NCBI GenBank assembly: GCA_029838195.1
Contig: JALGVJ010000008.1
Coordinates: 1-64,000, forward strand
Origin: Promethearchaeota archaeon
GTDB taxonomy: Archaea > Asgardarchaeota > Lokiarchaeia > Sigyniarchaeales > SOKP01
Direction of reading: 5' to 3'
Length of the DNA stretch: 64,000 nt
Below the pieces are notes generated by a model, which saw nothing but the letters and a program-made list of their open reading frames with translations, ran no database searches and was not told the DNA's origin. Positions within the stretch are counted from its first letter, which is position 1. Every line of letters begins with the position of its first letter. A program made the position numbers and the translations under genes. This document shows, piece by piece, positions 53,590 to 63,608 of the stretch.

Positions 53590-54948
53590 ATGGATAAACG
53601 AATTAGAATCTTAGACGTGACCAATAGAGATGGGGTACAGACGTCCCGGCTTGGCTTGGCTAAGATTGAAAAGACTGTATTAAATATTTTGCTAAATCAG
53701 ATGGGCGTATATCAATCTGAGATGGGCTTTCCCACGACCCTCCATGAAATCAACTATATTAATGCCAATTTAGAATTGGCACGCATGGGCGTTATAAAAC
53801 CCATGAAACTGAGTGGTTGGATTCGAGCTATCGCTTCAGATGTAGAAAAAGCAGTCGAGCTAACGCGCATTCGCCATCTTAATGTATCTATATCCACCTC
53901 AAAACAAATGATTGAGGGTAAGTTTCAAGGAAAATATAACGAAGAGGACGTTATCAAAATGATGGTCGAAGCCGTTAAATTAGCTAGAGACTATGGAATT
54001 AAGACTATTGGCGTAAACGCAGAAGATGCCTCGCGTACTTCAATGGAATTTTTAAAAAAGTTTGGAAATGCTGCTAAAAAAGCAGGAGCAGACCGATTCC
54101 GATATTGCGATACGCTTGGATATGAAAGTCCTTTTAGAATTCATTTTCGTTGTAAAGAATTGGCAAGAGAATTCGATATGCCTATTGAATTACACACGCA
54201 CAATGATTTAGGGATGGCTGTAGCGAATGCCGTGGAAGGAGCTAAAGGAGTGTTAGAAGAAGGACAAGATGCTTACATTAATACAACAGTAAATGGATTG
54301 GGAGAGCGGGCTGGAAATGCAGATTTAGTATCCGTCCTGTTAGCATTAAAATATGCCGCAGATTTTGATGAATTGGGCGCATTAGATCCTAACATTGATT
54401 TGAGTAAATCATGGCAAATTGCTAATTACGCTTCTCATTGCTTTGGCGTGCCTATTCCTGTCAATCAAGTAGGCGTTGGAGAAAATGCATTTGCCCATGA
54501 ATCCGGCATTCATGCGGATGGTGTTTTGAAACAAAGACATAACTATGAATTATATGACTATCGTGTCTTGGGAAGAGGAGAAAAAGTGTTCATCGAAACG
54601 GGACGCATGATAACAACGGGAGAGTATAGCGGAATCAAGGCATTTGAACATGTATTTAATAATTTTGGTTATACCTTTAAGAATGAAGAGGAAGCCAGAC
54701 AAATCTTAGAATTAGTCCGGTTTGCGAATGTAGAAAAACAACGTCCATTAGTAAAAGAAGAATTTTTATTTATTGCTCAATTTCCCAAAATTGCAGAAAC
54801 CATCCTTACGATTGTTCCTCCGAAAATCACGATCTATCGGCCATATATAGAGCATAAAATAAAACGTGAAGAGAAAAGGGAAAGTAGAGAAGTAAAAAAA
54901 ACAAAGAAACGAAAACAAATAAAAAAAGAAATTGAAATAAAGAAATAA
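53590..54948 (+). CDS. DRE-TIM metallolyase (homocitrate synthase / Re-citrate synthase type)
   Basis: LDVTNRDGVQT, NAEDASR, YCDTLG, HTHNDLGMA, NGLGERAGNA, AFAHESGIHADG; no LeuA regulatory domain. Confidence 0.88.
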   Translation: MDKRIRILDVTNRDGVQTSRLGLAKIEKTVLNILLNQMGVYQSEMGFPTTLHEINYINANLELARMGVIKPMKLSGWIRAIASDVEKAVELTRIRHLNVSISTSKQMIEGKFQGKYNEEDVIKMMVEAVKLARDYGIKTIGVNAEDASRTSMEFLKKFGNAAKKAGADRFRYCDTLGYESPFRIHFRCKELAREFDMPIELHTHNDLGMAVANAVEGAKGVLEEGQDAYINTTVNGLGERAGNADLVSVLLALKYAADFDELGALDPNIDLSKSWQIANYASHCFGVPIPVNQVGVGENAFAHESGIHADGVLKQRHNYELYDYRVLGRGEKVFIETGRMITTGEYSGIKAFEHVFNNFGYTFKNEEEARQILELVRFANVEKQRPLVKEEFLFIAQFPKIAETILTIVPPKITIYRPYIEHKIKREEKRESREVKKTKKRKQIKKEIEIKK

Positions 54949-55147
54949 AAAATTTTTTTAAACATTCACTTCTTTTTAGACGGGGAATTAAAAATGTTCC
55001 CGCATGAGGAAAATTATTTTTATTAGAATCATTTTTCCTAACAAATCTTCATCCTAACATGTTATTTTCGATGGATCTAAATTTATAATCGTTTAAAATT
55101 ATTGAATAAATGAAGCTGCGAATTATAAAAAAAAATTAATTAAGATT

Positions 55148-56002
55148 TTATTCATGAGGTAAAAGTAGGACTAAAGATATGATTAATAAGATCCCTACCA
55201 AGAAAATTAATGCTTGAATGATCGATTTTTTCAAATTTTTTTGTTTAATAATTTCAGGCATCAATTCTGCACTAGCAATATAGAGAAATCCCCCTCCTGA
55301 AAATGCGAGGATTAAAGAATTAAATACTTCGATGATATTGGATAAAATAAAGGAAATGAGTCCTCCGAGTAAAGCCACCATGGCGCTCATGAAATTGTAG
55401 AACAGGGCATTTCTCCTAGAAAACCCTCCATATAAGAGAATACCAAAATCTCCGATTTCCTGGGGCAATTCATGAAATAATACGGCCAAAACGACAATGA
55501 TTCCATTAACAAGGCCATTAAAAAAAGCTACCATGATAATAATGCCATCCAAAAAGTTATGCAGAGCATCTCCCAGTAAATTTAGGATCGCAACCGATTT
55601 TATATTTTTTTCTTTAGGAAACATCATTTCTCCACCCGTGCTCAAATTTTCATAACAGACATATTCACTTTCTTTTTGATGAGCGTGCCCGTGAAACCAA
55701 TAGATAAATCTTTCCAGAATGAAAAAAACAACAAACCCAAAAATAATAATACCAAAAGGAAGTGTTTCAGAAAAGTTGGCACCTTCCAAGTTTAATTCTT
55801 CTAGATGCTGTATGGATTCCGGAATTAAATCAAATAAAGCAGTGGCTAAAATCGTGCCTGTGGCGAAAGCTACCAAGATAAACAAGATATTATCTAAAGT
55901 TTTTTCTTTCAGGGAAATCATGAATAATCCAATAAGGCTAAAACAACCTATGAAAAAAATCATCAAGAAACCAATTATTAACAAGCTATTTTCCATGATC
56001 AA
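55148..56002 (-). CDS. ZIP-family metal transporter
   Basis: WFHGHAH, GDALHNFLDG, HELPQEIGDFG, GGFLYIA. Confidence 0.93.
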   Translation of the reverse strand: MIMENSLLIIGFLMIFFIGCFSLIGLFMISLKEKTLDNILFILVAFATGTILATALFDLIPESIQHLEELNLEGANFSETLPFGIIIFGFVVFFILERFIYWFHGHAHQKESEYVCYENLSTGGEMMFPKEKNIKSVAILNLLGDALHNFLDGIIIMVAFFNGLVNGIIVVLAVLFHELPQEIGDFGILLYGGFSRRNALFYNFMSAMVALLGGLISFILSNIIEVFNSLILAFSGGGFLYIASAELMPEIIKQKNLKKSIIQALIFLVGILLIISLVLLLPHE

Positions 56003-56301
56003 ATGCCCTTAATTTAAAAATACTATTATCACGTGAAATCAGTTATTCCATTTAATTTTGTGGGTTTTCTCCAATAACTAAATAATGAAGTTTCTCTTAT
56101 TTCATATTGTTCTTTACGATGAATTCATGAAAGTTCTAAATGAAACTTGTTTAGAATTGATAAAACAACATTCTCGAAAATTTTTATTTTATAAGAAATA
56201 AATTTATTAACCCTTTCTATTATACTTTATTTGAATCTTTTTAGTAGAAGAATATTAACAAAAATCTTTTAATAAAAAAAAAATAGTTCGAAGTAAAAAT
56301 C

Positions 56302-56568
56302 ATGGTCTTTACATCGTTAAAGTCCTTTCTGGGGTCTTTGTTCATCGGTCGATATCTGAATGATATACAGGAAAATATAGATAAATTAAGTTTCCTGTAT
56401 TATCAAACCAATTCAGAAACGATAAAAAAACAGATTGAACCCAGAATAAATTTTTTACAAGATTTATTATGGCTTTTTAAAAACGCTTCTATTAGCAAGA
56501 GAAAAATCATAAAAATTATTAAGGAAATCAAAAAGACCTTGTTAAATATGAGGTTTTTTCCTTATTAA
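56302..56568 (+). CDS. Hypothetical protein
   Basis: 88-aa ORF only. Confidence 0.45.
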   Translation: MVFTSLKSFLGSLFIGRYLNDIQENIDKLSFLYYQTNSETIKKQIEPRINFLQDLLWLFKNASISKRKIIKIIKEIKKTLLNMRFFPY

Positions 56569-56762
56569 AATTCTTGCTAATTTCCTAATTTTTTTAAAAA
56601 CCTCTTATATTAAATATTATTTTAAAGTTTCACATCAATATTTTTATGGAACTTAGCAATTCAATAAAGAAAAAAGAAATTATTTTAATTTTTTTTTCCC
56701 CATTTAGTATTCATTTTATGAAGTGATTTTCAAATTCCAACTTAAGGAGTACTTGATTGTAA

Positions 56763-57095
56763 TTATCCGTTTCGTGAAGCTTGCTTAACGTGAGTTATTT
56801 CAAATATAACGGTCCCTCCTCCTGTATGGGGCTCTCCTGGATCTAAACAATGAAAATATCCGGGACCATTTGGAGTTTTTGCGAGCCCTAATTTTGCCGG
56901 ATCCATGCCATCGCGCAGAGCAACAATGAAGGATCCTAAAGAGAAAAGCGCATGAATACACACAACATCCGATTCTTCCATGTCAATAAATGGACCATTT
57001 ATAACGGTTTTATCTCCTACTTTATAAACAGGACACGTTCCTTTTATTTCGATGGCTTTAATTACCAATTTATTAAATTCTTGCTTGGATTTCAT
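56763..57095 (-). CDS. TIGR04076-family small Cys-containing protein
   Basis: KGTCPVYKVGD, VCIHAL, CLDPG...GGTVIFEI; GGGAGG ribosome-binding site upstream. Confidence 0.8.
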   Translation of the reverse strand: MKSKQEFNKLVIKAIEIKGTCPVYKVGDKTVINGPFIDMEESDVVCIHALFSLGSFIVALRDGMDPAKLGLAKTPNGPGYFHCLDPGEPHTGGGTVIFEITHVKQASRNG

Positions 57096-57397
57096 GATCA
57101 GCCTCCCTTTAAAATTAATTCTCCTTCTTGAATTAAAGATGAGGATAGAGTTTTCTATTGATTCATGGAAAAAAGATTATTTATATATAAAACTTGAATT
57201 CTGTTATTAAAAAATCTTACTTTCGAAATTTAAAAAAAAAGGTGAACCACAACCTGAGCACATTGATTATTTCCCTTCTTCCTTCATTAAAAAAATGTAA
57301 AACCTTTTACTTTAAAACAATTTTTCAACAATAGTGAATAATTAAAATATCACATTCATTTAATTAAGGAATCACGCAACTCTTAATTGAGATTTTC

Positions 57398-58474
57398 ATG
57401 TTTGATGATTCTACCGTTCATTCCATTTATAATAGGGCAATTGAAGGAAAAATTGATAAAGAACGTGCCGGTAATTTATTACTTTCAATAATAGAAGAAA
57501 GTGAAAAAGCAAGCATTCGACTACATGTTTTAGAAATTTTAAAACTCCTTCCTATTCGTTCCAATAGAATTTTTAAAACTTTAGAAAATCTCCTCATTTC
57601 GGATGAAAATCATGACGTGAGAAAAGTAGCTGCGGATTTAATCATTAAATTTTATCTCAAAGAAGGAATGAATTCTCTAAGATGGGTGCTCCATCATGAA
57701 CAATCTCCCGTTGTCATTCAAACGATTTTTAATGCACTTGAAGAATTCACTTTATTTGACCCCATTAACAAGGAACTTAACGCAGATTTAGAACATTGGA
57801 TAAGTTCATTTGCTTCGAATTTGGGCGTAGTTCCTGAAGAAGCAAGATTTTTTTTGGATTTAGAAGCCATGTTCGCAGAAGGTAAGAACAATTGTAAAAC
57901 ATCCCTTGAAATGTATGAGTTCTGTCAATTTATGGATAATCTTTTAGAAAAAGAACCATGGCTTATCATTGAAAAAGGCCACGTGAAAAAATTGACATTT
58001 AATTACTTGAATTGGAAATACTTAAAGGATATGGGAAAAAACCTTAATTCCCTCATGAATATAAATTATTTAGATCTCTTTTTTTCTTATCTAAAAAAAA
58101 CACATCTAAATCCAAGAAAGAATTTCCGAATTCCCGCCTCGATTGGAATGCTCCGGCAGTTAGAATTTTTGAACCTTAGCCAAAATAACCTTGAATCCTT
58201 GCCCTCATCTTTTAAAAATCTCCAAGCTTTAAAAAAAATCGTTTTAAACGAGAATGATTTTAAAGAAATTCCGCCCATTCTTTTATCCCTTGAAAATCTT
58301 GAAGAAATACACCTCAAGCAAAATAAAATTAAAGAAATCCCTATAATCGCCCTTCAATCCCATCCCTCATTAAAATATATCGATCTTAGTAATAATGAGA
58401 TTAAAACCCTTCCTGAACATGTAAAGAATAAAAAGGTACCGTTTCAAATCAATCTCTTTAATAATCCCCTTTAA
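57398..58474 (+). CDS. HEAT-repeat plus leucine-rich-repeat protein
   Basis: LENLLISDENHDVRKVAA; C-terminal LxxLxLxxNxL repeats (LEFLNLSQNNL, LKKIVLNENDF, LEEIHLKQNKI, LKYIDLSNNEI). Confidence 0.88.
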   Translation: MFDDSTVHSIYNRAIEGKIDKERAGNLLLSIIEESEKASIRLHVLEILKLLPIRSNRIFKTLENLLISDENHDVRKVAADLIIKFYLKEGMNSLRWVLHHEQSPVVIQTIFNALEEFTLFDPINKELNADLEHWISSFASNLGVVPEEARFFLDLEAMFAEGKNNCKTSLEMYEFCQFMDNLLEKEPWLIIEKGHVKKLTFNYLNWKYLKDMGKNLNSLMNINYLDLFFSYLKKTHLNPRKNFRIPASIGMLRQLEFLNLSQNNLESLPSSFKNLQALKKIVLNENDFKEIPPILLSLENLEEIHLKQNKIKEIPIIALQSHPSLKYIDLSNNEIKTLPEHVKNKKVPFQINLFNNPL

Positions 58475-58580
58475 ATTTTACATTCATCTTCTACTTTTCC
58501 ATTAGAATTTCTCTCAATGAGTTAATTATAAATACTAATGAAATAAAATTAATATTAACCGATCCTAATTATTTAAAAAA

Positions 58581-60302
58581 GTGAAAATCATGTCGGAAGA
58601 AAAGAAAAAAATTAATGGTGGAGATCTCTTAATCAAATGCCTCCTCCAAGAAAATGTGAAATACATGTTTGGCATCCCAGGTGGACAATTCTTAGCCATG
58701 TATGATGCCGTATATAGATGGGGCAAAGAAAAAGGCATCCAAACAATATTATTTAGACATGAACAAGCCGCTGCTCATGCGGCAGATGCTTATGCCCGCG
58801 TGACTAATCAGCCCGGCATATGCTTTGGAACGGTCGGACCTGGAGCCCTCCATCTTGTTCCGGGGGTGGGTACTGCGTGGAGTGATAACATTCCTGTTGT
58901 TGCTATTGTCCCTCAAGTGGCTTCAAAATACGCGGATTCTTTTACTCTCCAAGGAAATCTCGATCAAGTCACAATGTTTAAGCCCATCACTAAATATCAA
59001 AAAACCGTAAGAACAATTGAGGAAATTCCCGACGCCGTGCACAAGGTATTTCGTGAAGCCGTAGGAGGGCGTCCCCAGCCCGTTTTATTAGAAATTTTCG
59101 AAGATGCCTTTGTTGGGGAAATTGAGGAGGACAAGATCCCCGTCCTTCCTTCAGAGAAATATCGACCACTTGAGAAACCTGCAGTAGCCCCTGAAACGAT
59201 TCAAAAAGCCTTCAATTTATTAATTAATGCAGAAAACCCCTTAATAATTTCGGGGGGAGGCGTAGCTCGAGCAGAAGCATGGAACGAACTTAAGGAAGTG
59301 GCGGAATATTTACAAATTCCTGTAATGACAACTATCATGGGAGTAGGTACCATGCCCAATACTTCAAAATGCTTGATAGGAGCTACCATTGCTGGTCCCG
59401 GCCTCACCGCAGCAAGGAAGGCGGATGTAATTTTAGCCTTAGGGTGTAAATTCGGGTATACAATGAGCCATGGAGAAGCGCCATTTTGGGACAACGAGCA
59501 AAAATTGATTCAAGTAGATATCGATCCTTCCATCATCGGAAGAGCAAAACCCATAGAAATGGGCATCGTTGCCGATTGCAAGCAATTCTTAACTCAATTT
59601 CTCGCAGAAGTCAAAAAAACTGATAAAGTAACTCAGAGAGAATGGCTAGACATGTTAGCGGAGCAAAGAAAGAAACAAATCGCAACGGCTATAAAAAAAT
59701 CATCTAAGGACAAAGTGCCTATTTTACCCCAAAGGATGATTAAAGATATTTTAGAATTTATTGATGAGGATGCGATTCTCATTATTGATGGAGGAGATAT
59801 TGCTACATACGCTGTCGAGCAGATCGATTTTTATAAATCGCGACCCCCCTTATCTACGTTACAAGCTATTGGAATGGGACATTTAGGAACTTCTGTTCCC
59901 TATGGAATTGGTGCCAAATTCGCCAAACCCGATACTCAAGTCGTTTCCATTTCAGGCGATGGAAGTTTCATGATTAATATCCAAGATTTAGAGACAGCCG
60001 TGCGTTTTGGTTTCAAGAACTTGATATATTGCGTGGGAAACAATTCTGCCTGGGGCATGATTAAATCAGGGCAGAAATTAGTAATGGGCGGGCGATTTAT
60101 TGATGTTGATCTCCCTGATTTTGATTTTGCTGGATGTGCTAAAGAATTTGGGTGTTATGGAGAGACTATAACGGAACCGGGTGAAATTACGCATGCCTTA
60201 GAGAGAGCAAAGAATTCCGGAAAGCCCGCTGTTTTGGATATAAAAATAAAATTTGATATTCCGGATACTACAAAATTACTTCTTTCGATGGGAGTCCTCT
60301 AA
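58581..60302 (+). CDS. Thiamine-diphosphate-dependent enzyme, acetolactate synthase large-subunit-like
   Basis: FGIPGG, RHEQAAAHAADAYAR, GDGSF...NNSAWG. The ATG at 58590 is the likely start. Confidence 0.9.
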   Translation: MKIMSEEKKKINGGDLLIKCLLQENVKYMFGIPGGQFLAMYDAVYRWGKEKGIQTILFRHEQAAAHAADAYARVTNQPGICFGTVGPGALHLVPGVGTAWSDNIPVVAIVPQVASKYADSFTLQGNLDQVTMFKPITKYQKTVRTIEEIPDAVHKVFREAVGGRPQPVLLEIFEDAFVGEIEEDKIPVLPSEKYRPLEKPAVAPETIQKAFNLLINAENPLIISGGGVARAEAWNELKEVAEYLQIPVMTTIMGVGTMPNTSKCLIGATIAGPGLTAARKADVILALGCKFGYTMSHGEAPFWDNEQKLIQVDIDPSIIGRAKPIEMGIVADCKQFLTQFLAEVKKTDKVTQREWLDMLAEQRKKQIATAIKKSSKDKVPILPQRMIKDILEFIDEDAILIIDGGDIATYAVEQIDFYKSRPPLSTLQAIGMGHLGTSVPYGIGAKFAKPDTQVVSISGDGSFMINIQDLETAVRFGFKNLIYCVGNNSAWGMIKSGQKLVMGGRFIDVDLPDFDFAGCAKEFGCYGETITEPGEITHALERAKNSGKPAVLDIKIKFDIPDTTKLLLSMGVL

Positions 60303-60571
60303 AAAAAACAATTTAATTAATCCTCTACAAATTTATATGATATCCGAGATAACTTGTATGACAAAGGAACAAGCATGAAAGAATAGTATTCCCAAGAATC
60401 TACGTGTCTTTTTTTTTTAATATTTTATATCATGGCAGAGCTTTCAAATTTTTTTATTATTTCCTGAATTTATAATCTTACTATTTTTGGAGGTTTTAGA
60501 ACGTATTAGAGATAAGAATCAAATAGGAGAATTTAATCCTTCTCTCATAATTTTATAGGAAATACTTCTTC

Positions 60572-61699
60572 CTATCTAATCTTATATTCATTAATCGCTT
60601 CATGCATTGCAAGAATATTTTGAACGGTCTGATCTAAAAGAAAATTCGTGGCTCCTGGGATGTATCCGTGAGGACCAAGAGAATCAATAGATTTTTTTAC
60701 GGAGGACTTGACTTCTTCAGGAGTGCCATGTTTAAGTAGATTCGTATCATCAATCGTGCCCAATAACGCAATTTTATCTCCGTATTTTTTTTTTATTTGT
60801 GGAAGGTCGTTATTAAAGGGTTTTAGGGATTCCACGCCATCTAAGCCGATTTCTACTAACTCATCAAATAGCACCTCGATATTACCGCAAGAATGTAATA
60901 AGCATTTAGCTCCCGCCTCGTGAATTATCCCCACGTGTTCAGATAAAGTAGGCTTGACCAAGCTCCTCCACATTTCCAAGCTCATTTGAAGCCCACTATT
61001 AAATCCATAATCATCACCAATCATGACTACTTTTGGTTGGGCGATTTTCACTAAGTTTTTCATGCCATCAAGTGCTATATTACAAAAATAATCATTAACT
61101 TCATGCAGGAATTTCCGATCTTTTCTCCAAAATTTCGCAATGTTGCTGAATCCAATACCGAAATGCAAGAATTCCCAAGGGCCGGTTAATCCTATTGATA
61201 ACACTAAATTATATTTTTTTTCACATGTTTCAATTAATTTTTTGTATTTTTTAAAAGACTTCGGAGAATACTTTAAATCTTTCTTTATGTGTTCTTCAAT
61301 TGCCTCTTTTGTAGTGAGCCCCTCTTTTAGCCACCACCAATGCGGAATAAGATGCTTCTCGCACCCTACTGGTGGTTGATACGTGGAAAATCGCGTGACT
61401 ACTTTAAAAAGTCCTCCGTTAGATTCGGCAGGCAGATTTAGATGATCTAACCACGTGAGGGGTCCTGAAATGGGAATCCATGTCAGATCTACTCCTAATT
61501 TGACTGATAAAGGAATGATCGCCGGACATAACCAAGGTAAACCATCTTTTTTAAATTGCTGAAATTCTTCAAAAGTAAATCCTATTTCTGCAATGTATCG
61601 TTCCATGAAATCCCAATCGGCTCCTAAGCATAATGAGGGAATCCTTGCGGGTGTTTTACATTCTAAAGCGTCTAAAACGACTTCTAAAGCTCCTTCCAT
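60572..61699 (-). CDS. UroD/MtaA-CmuA superfamily protein
   Basis: GDDYG, LLHSCGNI, ALLGTID, GTPEEV, GYIPG. Confidence 0.85.
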   Translation of the reverse strand: MEGALEVVLDALECKTPARIPSLCLGADWDFMERYIAEIGFTFEEFQQFKKDGLPWLCPAIIPLSVKLGVDLTWIPISGPLTWLDHLNLPAESNGGLFKVVTRFSTYQPPVGCEKHLIPHWWWLKEGLTTKEAIEEHIKKDLKYSPKSFKKYKKLIETCEKKYNLVLSIGLTGPWEFLHFGIGFSNIAKFWRKDRKFLHEVNDYFCNIALDGMKNLVKIAQPKVVMIGDDYGFNSGLQMSLEMWRSLVKPTLSEHVGIIHEAGAKCLLHSCGNIEVLFDELVEIGLDGVESLKPFNNDLPQIKKKYGDKIALLGTIDDTNLLKHGTPEEVKSSVKKSIDSLGPHGYIPGATNFLLDQTVQNILAMHEAINEYKIR

Positions 61700-62095
61700 C
61701 TATAAAGCCACCTTTTGAAGTAATTTTAAAAACTGTAATAATGACTTAATTCCCTTAAATTTAAATTTTCTTGTAATTAAAAACCAAAATCCCTTTAAAA
61801 GAGGCTGTCCATGAAGTAAAGAGATTAATCCTTTCATAGTCCCAATAAAAATCCCATCCGCATCCCCGATCTTGGCCTCGAGATCTCGTACGGGTTCAAT
61901 GAAAAAATCTCCTTTCTCCCCATCGAATTTAATTAAGGCGCCGGGTTTATAATCTTTCAGAAAAATTAGAATGGATAATTTATCAATGTTTAACTCTTGT
62001 AATATCTGCTTAAGAAAACCCATCTCTAGGGTTAACCAAAAAGCAGAATAAATGATAGCGGGCAAATCTTCTAATTGTTCTACTTTTTCCATCAT
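61700..62095 (-). CDS. SCP2 (sterol carrier protein 2)-like domain protein
   Basis: LIKFDGEKGDFFI...ADGIFIG...LLHG...FLITRKFKFKG....L.F.KLL resembles the SCP2 pattern. Confidence 0.6.
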   Translation of the reverse strand: MMEKVEQLEDLPAIIYSAFWLTLEMGFLKQILQELNIDKLSILIFLKDYKPGALIKFDGEKGDFFIEPVRDLEAKIGDADGIFIGTMKGLISLLHGQPLLKGFWFLITRKFKFKGIKSLLQFLKLLQKVAL

Positions 62096-62326
62096 GAGTC
62101 TTTTTTATTTTCTAAATTAATATATATGAACCATGTAGAATCATATAAAAAAGTGAGGTTCCCCGAAGAATTTAATGCTTCTAATTGAGTTGTTGGATTA
62201 ACTATTCTAAACCGCATTTTCCTTAAAGTTCATGGTATTCGAAAATCAATGACCTTGAATTAAAAATTTTTATAGAATGAGAATAAATTAACTATTAATT
62301 AAAGAAAAAAGGTGAATTCTTTTTTC

Positions 62327-63343
62327 ATGAAAGGTGCTGTATATTTAGATAAAGAAAAAGTTATTATTAAAGATGATTTAGAGAAACCAACGCCCGCAGC
62401 CGATGATGTACTTATTAAAGTGAAATACTGTGGAATCTGTGGTTCTGGCGTCGAAAGCTACAAAACTGGGGGCATGTATCTTCCTAATATCATCCTTGGG
62501 CATGAATTTTCTGGAGAAATTGTTGAAGTGGGAGAGAATGTTAGAAAATTAAAAGTAGGACAACGCGTCGTGGTGGATCCTAATGTACCGTGTGGTGAAT
62601 GCTACTGGTGTACTCGTTACAAAGAAAATATGTGCAAATTATCAAACAATGCTTTAGGAACCACGCAGAATGGAGGCATGGCAGAATTCATTAATGTGAG
62701 AGCTGATCACGTTCATTTAATACCTGATAGCATGACTTTTCAAGAAGGTGCCTGCGTGGAGCCTCTTGCCAACTGCGTGTATGCGGTTCAAGAATCCGGA
62801 ATTAAAATTGGAGAAAACGCCGCAGTATTTGGAGCCGGTACCATCGGACTGATGACCATTCAAGCGTTAAAAGCTGCGGGAGTAAGTAGAATTTTTGCCA
62901 TTGAACCCGTGGAATTTAAGCAGAAAAAGGCATTAGAATTAGGTGCAACTGGTGTCTTTCATCCAAAGCAGTATAATAAAGTGGCTCGCATGACAGATAA
63001 AATTGGTCCGGACCACATTTTTGATTGCGTGGGAATTCCAGAAACATTAATGGCTTCCATTAACTTGATTAAGAAAGGAGGGCACATCACGGTCATTGGA
63101 ATTCATATAGAACCCTTTGAAATGCGCGGTTTAATGCAAGTACCCTTAAAAAATATTACACTAAGAGGGGTTTTCAGTTTCACGCCGGATGTATTTCAAG
63201 CATCTCTGGATTTAATTGCGGGCAAGCAAGTAAATGGTCAAGCCCTCATAACAAGTATCATCAAATTAGATGATGTTCCAGACATGTTTAAAAAATTAGC
63301 TAATCCTCCGCATGAAGAGATTAAAGTGCTGGTTGAAATTTAA
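62327..63343 (+). CDS. Zinc-dependent medium-chain dehydrogenase (threonine/sorbitol dehydrogenase-like)
   Basis: CGICGS, GHEFSG, CGECYWC...C structural Zn site, EPLA, GAGTIG. GGTGA site at 62311 supports the ATG at 62327. Confidence 0.93.
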   Translation: MKGAVYLDKEKVIIKDDLEKPTPAADDVLIKVKYCGICGSGVESYKTGGMYLPNIILGHEFSGEIVEVGENVRKLKVGQRVVVDPNVPCGECYWCTRYKENMCKLSNNALGTTQNGGMAEFINVRADHVHLIPDSMTFQEGACVEPLANCVYAVQESGIKIGENAAVFGAGTIGLMTIQALKAAGVSRIFAIEPVEFKQKKALELGATGVFHPKQYNKVARMTDKIGPDHIFDCVGIPETLMASINLIKKGGHITVIGIHIEPFEMRGLMQVPLKNITLRGVFSFTPDVFQASLDLIAGKQVNGQALITSIIKLDDVPDMFKKLANPPHEEIKVLVEI

Positions 63344-63449
63344 ATTATCTTTTTTCTTATTTTTTTGATTATTTTAATCTAATACATTTAAAAAAAATTC
63401 CAAGAAATCATAATATTAAATCAAATCATGATAATCATGACCTTTCCTT

Positions 63450-63608
63450 TCACTTCATGATATAATGATCAAGTGAAATAATCCAAACATTTTTGATTTC
63501 AAGAATTTTAATACTTGGAATGTTTTCTTTAATATATTTAAGAGAGGTTATTGCTTCTTCACTGGTTAACTCAAAGACAATAGACCCTTGAAACTCATGT
63601 TTCTTTAA
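63450..63608 (-). pseudogene. 3' fragment of a TIM-barrel sugar isomerase-like gene
   Basis: Reads LKKHEFQGSIVFELTSEEAITSLKYIKENIPS..., resembling the C-terminus MKVYNYTGAIIVELF...SMEYI of 33589-34428. No start codon. Confidence 0.5.

Noticed and set aside
661-61379. Many short ORFs in the track that overlap long genes (e.g. 661-987, 2793-3065, 17353-17580, 17920-18243, 37401-37787, 42441-42683, 55719-56012)
   Set aside because: They are antisense or alternative-frame shadows of well-supported genes and carry no motifs.
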